Notes under the pieces: generated by a model
The model's input: only the letters and a program-made list of their open reading frames with translations
The model's database searches: none
What the model was told of the DNA's origin: nothing
Part shown: piece after piece, positions 18,530 to 30,314 of the stretch
Layout of the letters: each line of letters opens with the position of its first letter
How positions within the stretch are numbered: the stretch's first letter is position 1
Made by a program: the position numbers and the translations under genes
Assembly (NCBI GenBank): GCA_963665125.2
Contig: CAXXUK010000001.1
Location: forward strand, 512,001-576,000
DNA: 64,000 bases
Direction: 5' to 3'
Origin: an uncultured Desulfarculus sp.
GTDB lineage: Bacteria > Desulfobacterota > Desulfarculia > Desulfarculales > Desulfarculaceae

Positions 18530-19585
18530 CTATGGCGTTACCGGAGCCTGGCGTTTGCGTATGCCGACGGTGCGTAGCATCTCCTGGGCTTCGGTAAAGT
18601 CCGGATTGATTTTTATGGCCTTTTTAAGGATGGTCTCGGCCTTGTCGTATTCCCCGGTTTCATAATAAATTCGGGCCAGGTTGTAGTGGATGTACTCGGC
18701 TTCCGGGTTGACCTTCATGGCCTTCTGATATTGTTTGATAGCCATTTCATAGCGGCCCTGGCGGCGGTAGATGATGCCCAGGGAGTTGTAGACGTTGATG
18801 GTGTTGGGGTTTATTTCCAAAACCTGGTTCAGCAGGGCCTCGGCATTGGAGTCCATGCGCCGCTCCATGTAGATCTCGGCGGCCAACTCGAAATGCTTTT
18901 GGGCCAGCTTGGGGCGCTGTAGTTTGCGGTAGCACTCGCCCATCTTTTCATAGGCCTGGGCAAAGGTGTTGTTGATCTGGGTGGCCTTGCGGAAATAATG
19001 GATGGCCTCTTCGTAGGCGCCGCGGGCCGTGCTGATATAGCCCATGTTGTAGTAGATTTCCGCGCTTTCGTAGATGGTGAGGATCCGGCCGAAGGCGTCC
19101 AGGGCGTTTTCCCACTGGCCGTTTTCCATGAGTTGCAAGCCCTTGGCGTACAGCCTCTGGACTTCGGCGGCCTGGGGATCGCGGCCCAGTTCCAACAGGG
19201 TCTGGATCTTGTTGACCAGGGTCGAATTGGGGACAGGGGCCAAGAGAATGTCGCTGACGCCGGCTTCGCCGGCCTCGATGACTTGAGCCTTGGTCAGGCT
19301 GTCGGCAATGAGAATGATGTGGACATGAGCCAGTTCGGGGTCGGACCGCACGACCTTCAGCAGGGCCATGCCGTTCATTTCGGTCATGTTCCAGGAGGCT
19401 ATTACAACATCCGCGCCGCGGTTTTTGAGGCAACTCCAGGCCGCGCTGCCATTGTTGAGTTGCGTTATCTCCTCAAACCCCATTCCCTTGAGGACCAATG
19501 CCGTGGATTCCCTGGCAGCGGGGTCGTCTCCTGCCACTATGAATTTGAATTTTCGGAAATCCACCGGCCTGCTCCAAATTCGCAT
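18530..19585 (-). CDS. Atypical receiver domain plus TPR protein
   Basis: CheY-like N-terminus (WNMTEMNG), multiple TPRs (YYNMG, YNSLGIIY, HYNLARIY). Confidence 0.85.
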   Translation of the reverse strand: MRIWSRPVDFRKFKFIVAGDDPAARESTALVLKGMGFEEITQLNNGSAAWSCLKNRGADVVIASWNMTEMNGMALLKVVRSDPELAHVHIILIADSLTKAQVIEAGEAGVSDILLAPVPNSTLVNKIQTLLELGRDPQAAEVQRLYAKGLQLMENGQWENALDAFGRILTIYESAEIYYNMGYISTARGAYEEAIHYFRKATQINNTFAQAYEKMGECYRKLQRPKLAQKHFELAAEIYMERRMDSNAEALLNQVLEINPNTINVYNSLGIIYRRQGRYEMAIKQYQKAMKVNPEAEYIHYNLARIYYETGEYDKAETILKKAIKINPDFTEAQEMLRTVGIRKRQAPVTP

Positions 19586-19795
19586 TGCTGAAATCTCTGT
19601 GACTAATGTTAAGGTAACAAAGCTTAATTGTCAGAATCTATGACAAATATGCCTATTGTTTGGCAACAGCGCCGATTGTGCGTTCCATTGTGCCTGTGAA
19701 GTCGATCAAAGCCACACTAAAAAATATTACTCTTTTGGCCTTTTATGTAAAGGTAGTGATATTTATTTAACTTATTTTTTGTTCAGGAGATTGCC

Positions 19796-20272
19796 ATGAA
19801 GCCCGATGAATTGAATTTGGCTTTTGCCGTTATCGGCAGAGCCCAGATGCGTAGCGACGCCTTTGCCCAAAAAGCAGCTCAGGGCCAGGACAAAAACCAG
19901 GCCAAGCTGCTGAGGGCCCTGAACTCATCACAAGTGGTTCAAAGCCGCAGGTTTCAGATGTTGATGCGGGGTAAAATCGGCAGTGACGAACAAAATATGG
20001 AGGAGGCCTTTGGCAGCGGACTTGACGAGCTTGAGTCGTATCTGGAAGACTTGCGGCAGTCGGCCGTGAGCGGCGGCAATGAACAACCAGCGCGAGTTTT
20101 GGAACAGACGCTTCAGGTAATGCGCGGCGCAAGGCAAATCCCGCCTGAAAATAGCCGGAATGTTGATAGAATATGGGTATGCGGCATCTGCGGCTATCTG
20201 GCCGCCGAACAGTTGCCCGAACGCTGCCCGGTGTGCGGCGCGGTCAACAGCAAATTTGCTGAGGTTGATTAA
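19796..20272 (+). CDS. Rubrerythrin-like protein with a C-terminal rubredoxin-like site
   Basis: WVCGICGY...CPVCG; helical N-terminal domain. Confidence 0.75.
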   Translation: MKPDELNLAFAVIGRAQMRSDAFAQKAAQGQDKNQAKLLRALNSSQVVQSRRFQMLMRGKIGSDEQNMEEAFGSGLDELESYLEDLRQSAVSGGNEQPARVLEQTLQVMRGARQIPPENSRNVDRIWVCGICGYLAAEQLPERCPVCGAVNSKFAEVD

Positions 20273-20311
20273 ACCCAAGGTGCGATAAATATGGACCGTA
20301 AAAGAAAACAC

Positions 20312-21991
20312 ATGAAGATTCGCACCCAGATGCTTATTTCATTTACGGCGGTGGTTGCCATAACGCTGTTCATGATGACCTTGTTCTCCAGCATCATGGT
20401 TGAGGAGGCGGTTAACGAGGTCACCTCCACCAACCTTGATTTGTCCCAATCGGTATTGACCAGCGCCGGCGAGGCCCTGGTCATTAAACAGGCCCGGGCC
20501 GCGGCCCACGAACTGGCCTATCTGATGCACGGCAAGGACATAAAGGACTATAAGGTCTTGCGCGCCGACAATGTCCTGCGCGCCGTCGCCACCCAGGACA
20601 TCCTCACCGATTACGGTAAATCCGGTTACATTGATGTATACGACGACAAGGGCGTGGCGGTTTTACATCCCAATGAAAAGGTGGAAGGACGTAATTTCAA
20701 GGAATGGGCCGATAAATACCCTGATATGTGGCAGCTGGTGGAGCGCTCGTTCAGCGTGCCGGAGTCTTCCGGTTATTACAGCTTTCTTGACACCCAGAAT
20801 CGGCCGCGCAAGAAATTCATGTCCATGATCCACATACCGGGGACGAATTTTATTGTAGTAGCCGCTGTTTACATTGACGCGTATTTTGCGCCGGTGCACA
20901 AGCTGATCCAGACCTCGGCGGAAAACACCAGTGCCAATGCCTTGAACAAGGTCTGGAACATCCTGCTGGTCGGTTTCGTATTGGCCATAATATTGGGTTT
21001 GTGCGGAGCCGCGTGGCTTTCGTTGCGCCTCACCAGGCCCATCAACGAATTGGTCCAGGGCGTTAGCGCGGTGGGACAGGGCGATTTCCAGGTCAAGGTC
21101 AGCGGCACGGGCAGCGCCGAGATCGGTGAACTGGCCGAGGCCTTCAACAATCTGGGCCATGAATTGACAGGCTATATGCGCAGGCTGGAGGCCGAGGCCG
21201 CGGCCCGCCAGGCAGTGGCCAGCGAAATGCAGATCGCCCGGCAAATCCAGGAATCGCTGTTGCCCAGCACCTTTCCGCCGTTTCCCGAAAAAAGACACAT
21301 GCAGCTTTACGCCGTCAACCAGCCGGCCAAGGAGGTGGCGGGCGACTTCTACGACTTCTTCTTGGTGGGAAACAGCCTGCTGGCCCTGGTTATGGGAGAC
21401 GTTTCCGGCAAGGGTGTGCCGGCGGCTCTGTTCATGACCATGACCCGCACCCTGCTGCGCAATATCTGCCCTGACGAGCCCGATCCGGCCAAGGCCCTGG
21501 CCAGGGCCAATGATCTGTTGTGCCAGGACAATGACGCCTCAATGTTTGTGACGCTGTTCCTGGCCTACTATAATATCGACACGGGCCAAATGCTCTTTGC
21601 CAACGCCGGACACAATGACCCGTATATCGTCTCGGCCACGGGTCAGGTCGCGCGTTTCGGGCGTATGGGCGATATCGCCCTTGGCGCCATGAGCGGTTTG
21701 TCCTATACATCTGATACAATTAGCCTGGGCGTGGACGATTGCCTGGTCTTGTACACCGACGGCATCACCGAAGCGCCGTCGCCCGAAAACGAAGAATACG
21801 GCGAGCCAAGATTTGAACGGTTTCTTGCCGATCGCGTGGGCCAACCTCTCAAGGATATCTGCAACGAGGTGGTTGAAGATGTTAACAAGTTTCAAAATGA
21901 CGAACGTTTTGACGATGTGACCATCATGCTTGTGCGACGCAGGGAAAACAACATTGAGGAAATAGACAAGTACGATGATGGTGGAAAGTAA
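20312..21991 (+). CDS. Membrane sensor PP2C/SpoIIE phosphatase (Cache-like + HAMP)
   Basis: Two TM helices, HAMP, ARQIQESLLP, GDFYD, GDVSGKG, NAGH, YTDGITEA, DDVT. Confidence 0.9.
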   Translation: MKIRTQMLISFTAVVAITLFMMTLFSSIMVEEAVNEVTSTNLDLSQSVLTSAGEALVIKQARAAAHELAYLMHGKDIKDYKVLRADNVLRAVATQDILTDYGKSGYIDVYDDKGVAVLHPNEKVEGRNFKEWADKYPDMWQLVERSFSVPESSGYYSFLDTQNRPRKKFMSMIHIPGTNFIVVAAVYIDAYFAPVHKLIQTSAENTSANALNKVWNILLVGFVLAIILGLCGAAWLSLRLTRPINELVQGVSAVGQGDFQVKVSGTGSAEIGELAEAFNNLGHELTGYMRRLEAEAAARQAVASEMQIARQIQESLLPSTFPPFPEKRHMQLYAVNQPAKEVAGDFYDFFLVGNSLLALVMGDVSGKGVPAALFMTMTRTLLRNICPDEPDPAKALARANDLLCQDNDASMFVTLFLAYYNIDTGQMLFANAGHNDPYIVSATGQVARFGRMGDIALGAMSGLSYTSDTISLGVDDCLVLYTDGITEAPSPENEEYGEPRFERFLADRVGQPLKDICNEVVEDVNKFQNDERFDDVTIMLVRRRENNIEEIDKYDDGGK

Positions 21992-22874
21992 GGGTAAGCT
22001 GGCCCAGGGGTTCTATGCCTTCGGGCCTTCAAGTGTCGCGACTTTCATGGTTGAAGCTCCCAAAGCCGCTTTGTTTGACGCGGGTTTTTCAGTATTGGGT
22101 CCGCTCTATCAAAGGCAGATTTCCGACCATATGAATGGGGAGCAGCCTGGTTTTTTGTTTGTCACCCATTCTCATTTTGATCACTGCGGGGCGGTCGGCT
22201 ATTTGAAAGACGCCTTTGCGGGATTAAAGATAGGCGCGGCCTCGCCCGCCGCCGAGATTTGGGCCAAGCCCAGCGCCCAGAAGTTGATTAGCGATCTGGA
22301 CAAGGTCGCGGCAGGACAGGTCGCGGCCATGCTGGACTATGATGCCTCTGGTTTGACCTGGCAGGCTTTTGAAGTTGATATGACCCTGGACGGAGACGGT
22401 GAAATCGATCTGGGGGGCGGCATCAGCGTAAAGGCCATCGCCACCCCAGGGCACACCAGGGATCATATGTGCTATTTCATACCCCAGCGGGGCATTCTCA
22501 TCGGAGCGGAAGCCGCCGGCATCGCGGCACCCAATGGTCATATCTTCGCCGAATTCCTGATTGATTTCGACACCTATATCAACTCGATCAAGAAACTGAT
22601 CGCCTTGGACGCCGAGGTGTTCTGTCAGGGACATAGCTATGCCTATATCGGCCGGCAGGCCGTCAAGAAGAGGTTGCAAGACGCCATTGATTCCGCGGAC
22701 GCTTTTCGTGACGAGGTGGCCCGGCTGCTCAAACAAGAGGGCGGCAACCAACAGAAAGTAGTCCAACTGATCAAGCAAAGCGAATACGACCCGATACCAG
22801 AGCCAAAGCAGAATGAAATGGCCTATCTGCTCAACACCCAGGCCAAGGTGCGGTGCGTCGCGGAGTTGCTGTAA
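21975..22874 (+). CDS. MBL-fold metallo-hydrolase
   Basis: THSHFDHCG, TPGHT, GH. Confidence 0.87.
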   Translation: MMVESKGKLAQGFYAFGPSSVATFMVEAPKAALFDAGFSVLGPLYQRQISDHMNGEQPGFLFVTHSHFDHCGAVGYLKDAFAGLKIGAASPAAEIWAKPSAQKLISDLDKVAAGQVAAMLDYDASGLTWQAFEVDMTLDGDGEIDLGGGISVKAIATPGHTRDHMCYFIPQRGILIGAEAAGIAAPNGHIFAEFLIDFDTYINSIKKLIALDAEVFCQGHSYAYIGRQAVKKRLQDAIDSADAFRDEVARLLKQEGGNQQKVVQLIKQSEYDPIPEPKQNEMAYLLNTQAKVRCVAELL

Positions 22875-23012
22875 ACGCCGCCGACTCGCAAAAGCCTCTG
22901 AAAAGTACGTTGAAAAAGCTTCCGGCGCTTATTTATAGTGGCAAAAGGGTGCTTGATTTAACCATGCCAAATTGTTGCCGCGGAAACGCCGCGCATAAGG
23001 TCGGGAGTTTCA

Positions 23013-23606
23013 ATGACCGTACTGAGTAGGCTGGGCATGCCGGCTTTCCGGGCCGGGGGAATGCCCAAGATCCCGGATTCGCAGTGGAGACTTGAGATCG
23101 GGGGACTGGTCCGCAATCCAGCGAGTTACACCCTCAAGGATATACGCTCCTGGCCCCAGGAAACCGCCAACGCTCGTTTGACATCGGTGAGCGGCTTTTC
23201 CGTGAGGGTCTTGTGGCAGGGCGTGGCCTGGCCGGTTTTTTTGGAGATAGCGAGCCCCCTACCCGAGGCCACCCACGCCACGTTCATCAGCTATGGCGGA
23301 GGATATGAGACCACGGTAAGCCTAGGCGACCTGGCCCGGCCCAGAACCATCCTGTGTCTTGACGTGGATGGCGAACCACTGGAAAAGCTCTATGGCGGGC
23401 CGTTGCGGATGATAGTGCCTTGCCTGTGGGGCTACAAGAGTGCAAAGTGGCTGGCCAAGATCGAGTTCGGCGACCACATGCGCGGCGGCTATTGGGAAGA
23501 CCGGGGCTATTCCAGGGAAGGCGTAATAGAGCCTGGCCGCACCCTAGACATCAACACCCGCCAGTCGCGGCCCATTAAGGGCGGCGGCGAAGTCACAGAG
23601 TTTTAA
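23013..23606 (+). CDS. Sulfite-oxidase-family molybdopterin domain protein (MsrP/YuiH-like)
   Basis: WRLEIGGLV, DGEPL...GGPLRMIVP.LWGYKSAKWL, GYWEDRGY. Confidence 0.85.
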   Translation: MTVLSRLGMPAFRAGGMPKIPDSQWRLEIGGLVRNPASYTLKDIRSWPQETANARLTSVSGFSVRVLWQGVAWPVFLEIASPLPEATHATFISYGGGYETTVSLGDLARPRTILCLDVDGEPLEKLYGGPLRMIVPCLWGYKSAKWLAKIEFGDHMRGGYWEDRGYSREGVIEPGRTLDINTRQSRPIKGGGEVTEF

Positions 23607-23616
23607 GGGGGCGATC

Positions 23617-24009
23617 ATGAGAAAAAAGGCCTTATTGATAGACGCGTTGGTCAACGCCGTGCTCGGTGTTCTGTTGTTGTGGTTTCCATCGCCGCTGATC
23701 CGGTTGCTGGGCGCGCCGGTGACCCAGCCACCGTTTTACGCTTCGGTTTTTGGCGGGGTGCTGCTGGGAATCGCCTTGGCCCTGGTTTGGGAGGCCTACC
23801 GCAAGGCGGGCGGCGCCAAGACCGGCCTGGGACTTGTCGGCGCGGCAATGATCAATATTTGCGGTGGCTTGACTCTGGCCGGCTGGCTGGCCTGGGGGGA
23901 ACTGGGCTTGGCCATCCAGGGTGTGATAATTCTCTGGGCTCTGGTCATCGGCCTGATCGGCTTCGGCATCTTTGAGCTTGTACTCGAACTAATGGGAGGC
24001 GATAAGTAG
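23617..24009 (+). CDS. Four-TM hypothetical membrane protein
   Basis: Four hydrophobic segments; follows the previous gene by 10 nt. Confidence 0.7.
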   Translation: MRKKALLIDALVNAVLGVLLLWFPSPLIRLLGAPVTQPPFYASVFGGVLLGIALALVWEAYRKAGGAKTGLGLVGAAMINICGGLTLAGWLAWGELGLAIQGVIILWALVIGLIGFGIFELVLELMGGDK

Positions 24010-24016
24010 CACACCC

Positions 24017-24598
24017 CTATTTGAACATGTCGTAGCGTTTTTTCTGCTTTTTCAGTGACTCTTTGTAAAGTTTTTCAGAGGCGCTCAGGGACGCGATCAT
24101 GCTTTTTATGCTGTGCTCGGTTGTTTTGTTGTGCACATAGGGCGTAAACATGAACAGCGGACCCTCGCGGAACAGCTTGGCCAATCTGAAACGGATAAAG
24201 CATTCCCTGCCTTCGCCTGTGGATAGGAAGTCCACCTCCATCTCGCCGATTTTGTCTATCTGCTTGACGATGTCCACCCTGTTGGAATGGGCGGCCGCGG
24301 CCCATTTGAGGCCCTTTTCCAGTGCGCCAATGAGCCGTTTTTTGTCGGCCTTGCTGAATTCTATCTTTTTGTTCATCAATTCGTCGTTCATGGCAATGCC
24401 CGAAATCAGGCAATGCCATGTCAGGCCGCCGTCGGCCTTGGCCAGCAGACTCCATTGATTGCAAAGGCGTTGGGTTATGTTGGGCCAATGGAAGCAGTCG
24501 ATGTCGCTGTAAATCGTAAATTCCAGCGGCAGGGCGGTCCTTACGGCGCTGAAGACGATCAGCAAAGATAAGAAGCTGACCAGGGCGGTTTTTTTCAT
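24017..24598 (-). CDS. Secreted hypothetical protein
   Basis: MKKTALVSFLSLLIVFSA signal-like N-terminus. Confidence 0.6.
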   Translation of the reverse strand: MKKTALVSFLSLLIVFSAVRTALPLEFTIYSDIDCFHWPNITQRLCNQWSLLAKADGGLTWHCLISGIAMNDELMNKKIEFSKADKKRLIGALEKGLKWAAAAHSNRVDIVKQIDKIGEMEVDFLSTGEGRECFIRFRLAKLFREGPLFMFTPYVHNKTTEHSIKSMIASLSASEKLYKESLKKQKKRYDMFK

Positions 24599-24647
24599 AA
24601 CTCATCCCCAGGCTAGTCGCCAATTGCCGCCGGACTGACACCGAACG

Positions 24648-25643
24648 CTAGAACTGAATCAATGCGCTTCCCCAGGTGAGCCCGCCGCCGAAGACCAGCA
24701 TGCAAACCAAGTCGCCGGGTTGAACGCGGCCGGTGTGAACTGCCTCGGCCAGGGCTATTGCCGAACTGGCGGCGCTGATATTGGCGTATTTATCAATAGT
24801 TATGACAAACCTATCCAGAGGCACGCCCATGCGTTTGGATATCTGCTGGATCATGCGCAGGTTTGCCTGATGGGGCACGAAATGGGCAACATCGTCGTAG
24901 GTCAGGTTGTAGCGCCCCAAAATGGTATCCACGGAATGGACAAATTTATGAACAGCGGTTTTAAGGGAGTTGGCTGCATTATACAAGCGCAGGGAATGCT
25001 TCTTGGCGTTTACGGAGTCGTGGTCAATGGGTGTGGTCAATGATCCGCCGCCGGGCAGTTGCAGGTCTTGGCCGTTGTATCCGTCGGTGCCGATGTAGGT
25101 GTCAATGAGCTCGGGCGTGGTTTCTTCGCCGTCAACGGCTGTTAAAACAACCGCCCCGGCCCCGTCGCCCCACAGCACGCAGTTGGCCCGGTCGGTCCAG
25201 TCCTGGACCCGGGTCATTACCTCGGCGCCAACCACCAGAATTGTTTTGGCCGCGCCGCTGGCCAGGTAGCGGTGAGCCACGTCCAAGGCGAAAACAAAGC
25301 CCGAACAGGCGGCGGAGACATCGAAGGATACAGCCTGATGGGCTTCAAGTTTGGCTTCCAGAAAGTTGGCCGCCGAAGGGCAGCACATATCCGGCGTGAC
25401 CGTGGCCACAACAATCACATCCAGGTCTTGGGCGGTTATTCCGGCGTTTTCCATTGCCATCTTGGATGCCTCGAAGGCTAGATGGCTGGTGGCCTGATCA
25501 GGGCGGGCAATGCGTCTTTCACGAATACCCGTGCGCTTGACTATCCATTCATCGGTGGTGTCGAGACTTTTTTCCAGATCGAAATTGGTGAGAACTTTTT
25601 CGGGAACATAAAAACCGGTACCAGATACCTTTATGCAACTCAT
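24648..25643 (-). CDS. fabH: 3-oxoacyl-ACP synthase III family
   Basis: RTGIRERR, AACSGF (Cys), GDGAGA, PHQANLR, ANISAAS, GGGLTWG. Confidence 0.9.
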   Translation of the reverse strand: MSCIKVSGTGFYVPEKVLTNFDLEKSLDTTDEWIVKRTGIRERRIARPDQATSHLAFEASKMAMENAGITAQDLDVIVVATVTPDMCCPSAANFLEAKLEAHQAVSFDVSAACSGFVFALDVAHRYLASGAAKTILVVGAEVMTRVQDWTDRANCVLWGDGAGAVVLTAVDGEETTPELIDTYIGTDGYNGQDLQLPGGGSLTTPIDHDSVNAKKHSLRLYNAANSLKTAVHKFVHSVDTILGRYNLTYDDVAHFVPHQANLRMIQQISKRMGVPLDRFVITIDKYANISAASSAIALAEAVHTGRVQPGDLVCMLVFGGGLTWGSALIQF

Positions 25644-25776
25644 TAAAATAGCTCCAAAAATATGCCCAATCACGTGGCGCTGGGTGCGGCGTAGGTGCAC
25701 ATGGGTTGCTGTTGCTGGATGCCGCTACCGCCTATAATACACATAAACGGCGTTTGTGTATAACCATTCACCAAAA

Positions 25777-25815
25777 TTCAAGGGCCGCACCGTGTTTTTG
25801 GGTGCGGCCCTTGAA
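25777..25815 (-). terminator. Terminator after ppdK
   Basis: TTCAAGGGCCGCACC...GGTGCGGCCCTTGAA, 15-bp stem. Confidence 0.75.
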
Positions 25816-25829
25816 GTAATTACTTTAGA

Positions 25830-28511
<2,682 letters not shown>

Positions 28512-28684
28512 GATTAAGCCTCCCTCGGATTTGGTGCTCAACAAGGTAAGTACCGTGCACCAATATAAATTACCTATTCGGTTTTTTGCCAACTCTACTT
28601 AGCACCCCAAAGGGGGATGCGCAAGCGAGTTGTATACAAAACAAACGAAGCGGCTCCAAAAGGAAACCGCTTCGGGATCTACTG

Positions 28685-29095
28685 CTATGAATCGGTTTTT
28701 TTAGTCAACTCAGCCAGCCATTGGGGAAGACGGCGAATTTTGCCGTCGGTGTCAACGCAGGCGTGCACCGTGTAACCGGCCACCAACTCCTTTTCCTTGC
28801 CGTTATCCGTGCGAAGCACCCGATAGTCGAACTGCATCGAAGCCTTTTTCACCCAGGTAAGGTTGGTTTCAATGGTCAGATCTTCGTCATAGCGGGCCGA
28901 TAGTTTATATTTGATGTGGGCCTCGGTCACCGGCAGATGCAGGCCCTGGTCGGCCAACTCGGAATAGGTCTTGCCGGCAGAGCGCATCAATTCGGCCCGT
29001 CCCCGCTCGAAATAACGCATATAATTACCATAATAAACTACACCCATGGCATCAGTATCGCCGAACAGCGGCCTCATGCGCCAGCGGTGAATCAT
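28685..29095 (-). CDS. YbgC/FadM-like thioesterase
   Basis: DTDAMGVVYYGNY..YFERGR. Confidence 0.87.
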   Translation of the reverse strand: MIHRWRMRPLFGDTDAMGVVYYGNYMRYFERGRAELMRSAGKTYSELADQGLHLPVTEAHIKYKLSARYDEDLTIETNLTWVKKASMQFDYRVLRTDNGKEKELVAGYTVHACVDTDGKIRRLPQWLAELTKKTDS

Positions 29096-30291
29096 TTTTT
29101 TTGCACCAGCCTTTCGATGAGTTCATGGGCCCGATCGACAAACAGCCCGCTGGCCTTGGCGTCCGGTTCATTGAATCCCGCGCCGCCCATAGTCTGATTC
29201 TCGGAGTCCCAAATCACGAAAGGCACCGGCTGGATGCCGTGGGTCTTGGTGCTGATGGGCGTGTAGTGGTCGGGCATCAGCAGCACCCGGTGGGGCCCCA
29301 AGGCCGCGGCCCTTTCCAGGATCGGCCCGACGATTTTCGCGTCAAAGTCTTCGATTGCCTGAAGCTTGAGCTCGGCTTTGCCGCTGTGGCCCGCCTCGTC
29401 CGGGGCCTCGACATGCACGAAAACCACATCGCCCGAGGCCAGGCCTTCGATGGCCGCGTCGACCTTCCCGGCGTAGTTCGTGTCCAGCCAGCCCGTGGCG
29501 CCGGGCACATCCACCGGCGGCAGACCGGCCAGCACACCCAGGCCCTTGACCAAGTCCACGGCCGATATGGTTCGGCCCGTCAGACCAAAGCGTTCCATGT
29601 AGGTGGGCAGGGTGGGTTTGGTGCCCTGGCCCCAGAGCCAGATGGAGTTTGCAGGGGACTTGCCATCATTGGCTCTTTGGATATTGGCCGGGTGCCCCTC
29701 AAGCAGGGGCCACGACGCCTTGGTAAGTTCGGTAATTAGCCCCAGGCCTTGGCCGCTGACCAGTACATCGTCCACACGTTGGCCGGTGCGGTCGTGGGGC
29801 GGCACCGTGGCCGCGTCCAGGGGGCCGTTTTGCCAGACCAGCAAATGGCGGTAGCTCACGCCCGGATGAAAGCGCAGGCCTTCCCTGCCCAGATTTTCGT
29901 CCAGGCTTTTGATCAGCTCGGCGGCAATGTCGGTCTCCAGGTGACCGGCGGAATAATCCAACATGGTCACGCCGTCCGTGCGGTCCAGGGTGACCATGTT
30001 GCAGCGGAAGGCGATGTCCTCCGGACCCAGGTCCACACCCATGGATGCCGCCTCGATGGGCGACCGTCCGGTGTGGTACTTGGCCGGGTCATAGCCCATC
30101 AGCGACATGTTGGCCACGTCGCTGCCCGGCTCCATGCCCTGGGGGATGGTCGAGGTCAGGCCCAGGGATCCTCCTTGGGCCAGCCGGTCCATGTTCGGCG
30201 TGAATGCCTGCTGCAGAATGGTTTTGCCGCCGTACTGGGCCATGGGCTCGTCGCCCATGCCGTCGCCGACCAAAATGATGTACTTCATCAC
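29092..30291 (-). CDS. apgM: Cofactor-independent phosphoglycerate mutase family (ApgM; proposed homoserine kinase clade)
   Basis: GDGMGD, PGSDVAN, TGRSPIEA, WLWGQG, HVEAPDEAGH, PDHYTP. Confidence 0.85.
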   Translation of the reverse strand: MMKYIILVGDGMGDEPMAQYGGKTILQQAFTPNMDRLAQGGSLGLTSTIPQGMEPGSDVANMSLMGYDPAKYHTGRSPIEAASMGVDLGPEDIAFRCNMVTLDRTDGVTMLDYSAGHLETDIAAELIKSLDENLGREGLRFHPGVSYRHLLVWQNGPLDAATVPPHDRTGQRVDDVLVSGQGLGLITELTKASWPLLEGHPANIQRANDGKSPANSIWLWGQGTKPTLPTYMERFGLTGRTISAVDLVKGLGVLAGLPPVDVPGATGWLDTNYAGKVDAAIEGLASGDVVFVHVEAPDEAGHSGKAELKLQAIEDFDAKIVGPILERAAALGPHRVLLMPDHYTPISTKTHGIQPVPFVIWDSENQTMGGAGFNEPDAKASGLFVDRAHELIERLVQKK

Positions 30292-30314
30292 CCAAACTAC
30301 CCCGGCGAGTCGGT

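Noticed and set aside
23170..23200. Selenocysteine at the Mo-ligand position
   Set aside because: The codon is TCG (Ser), not TGA.
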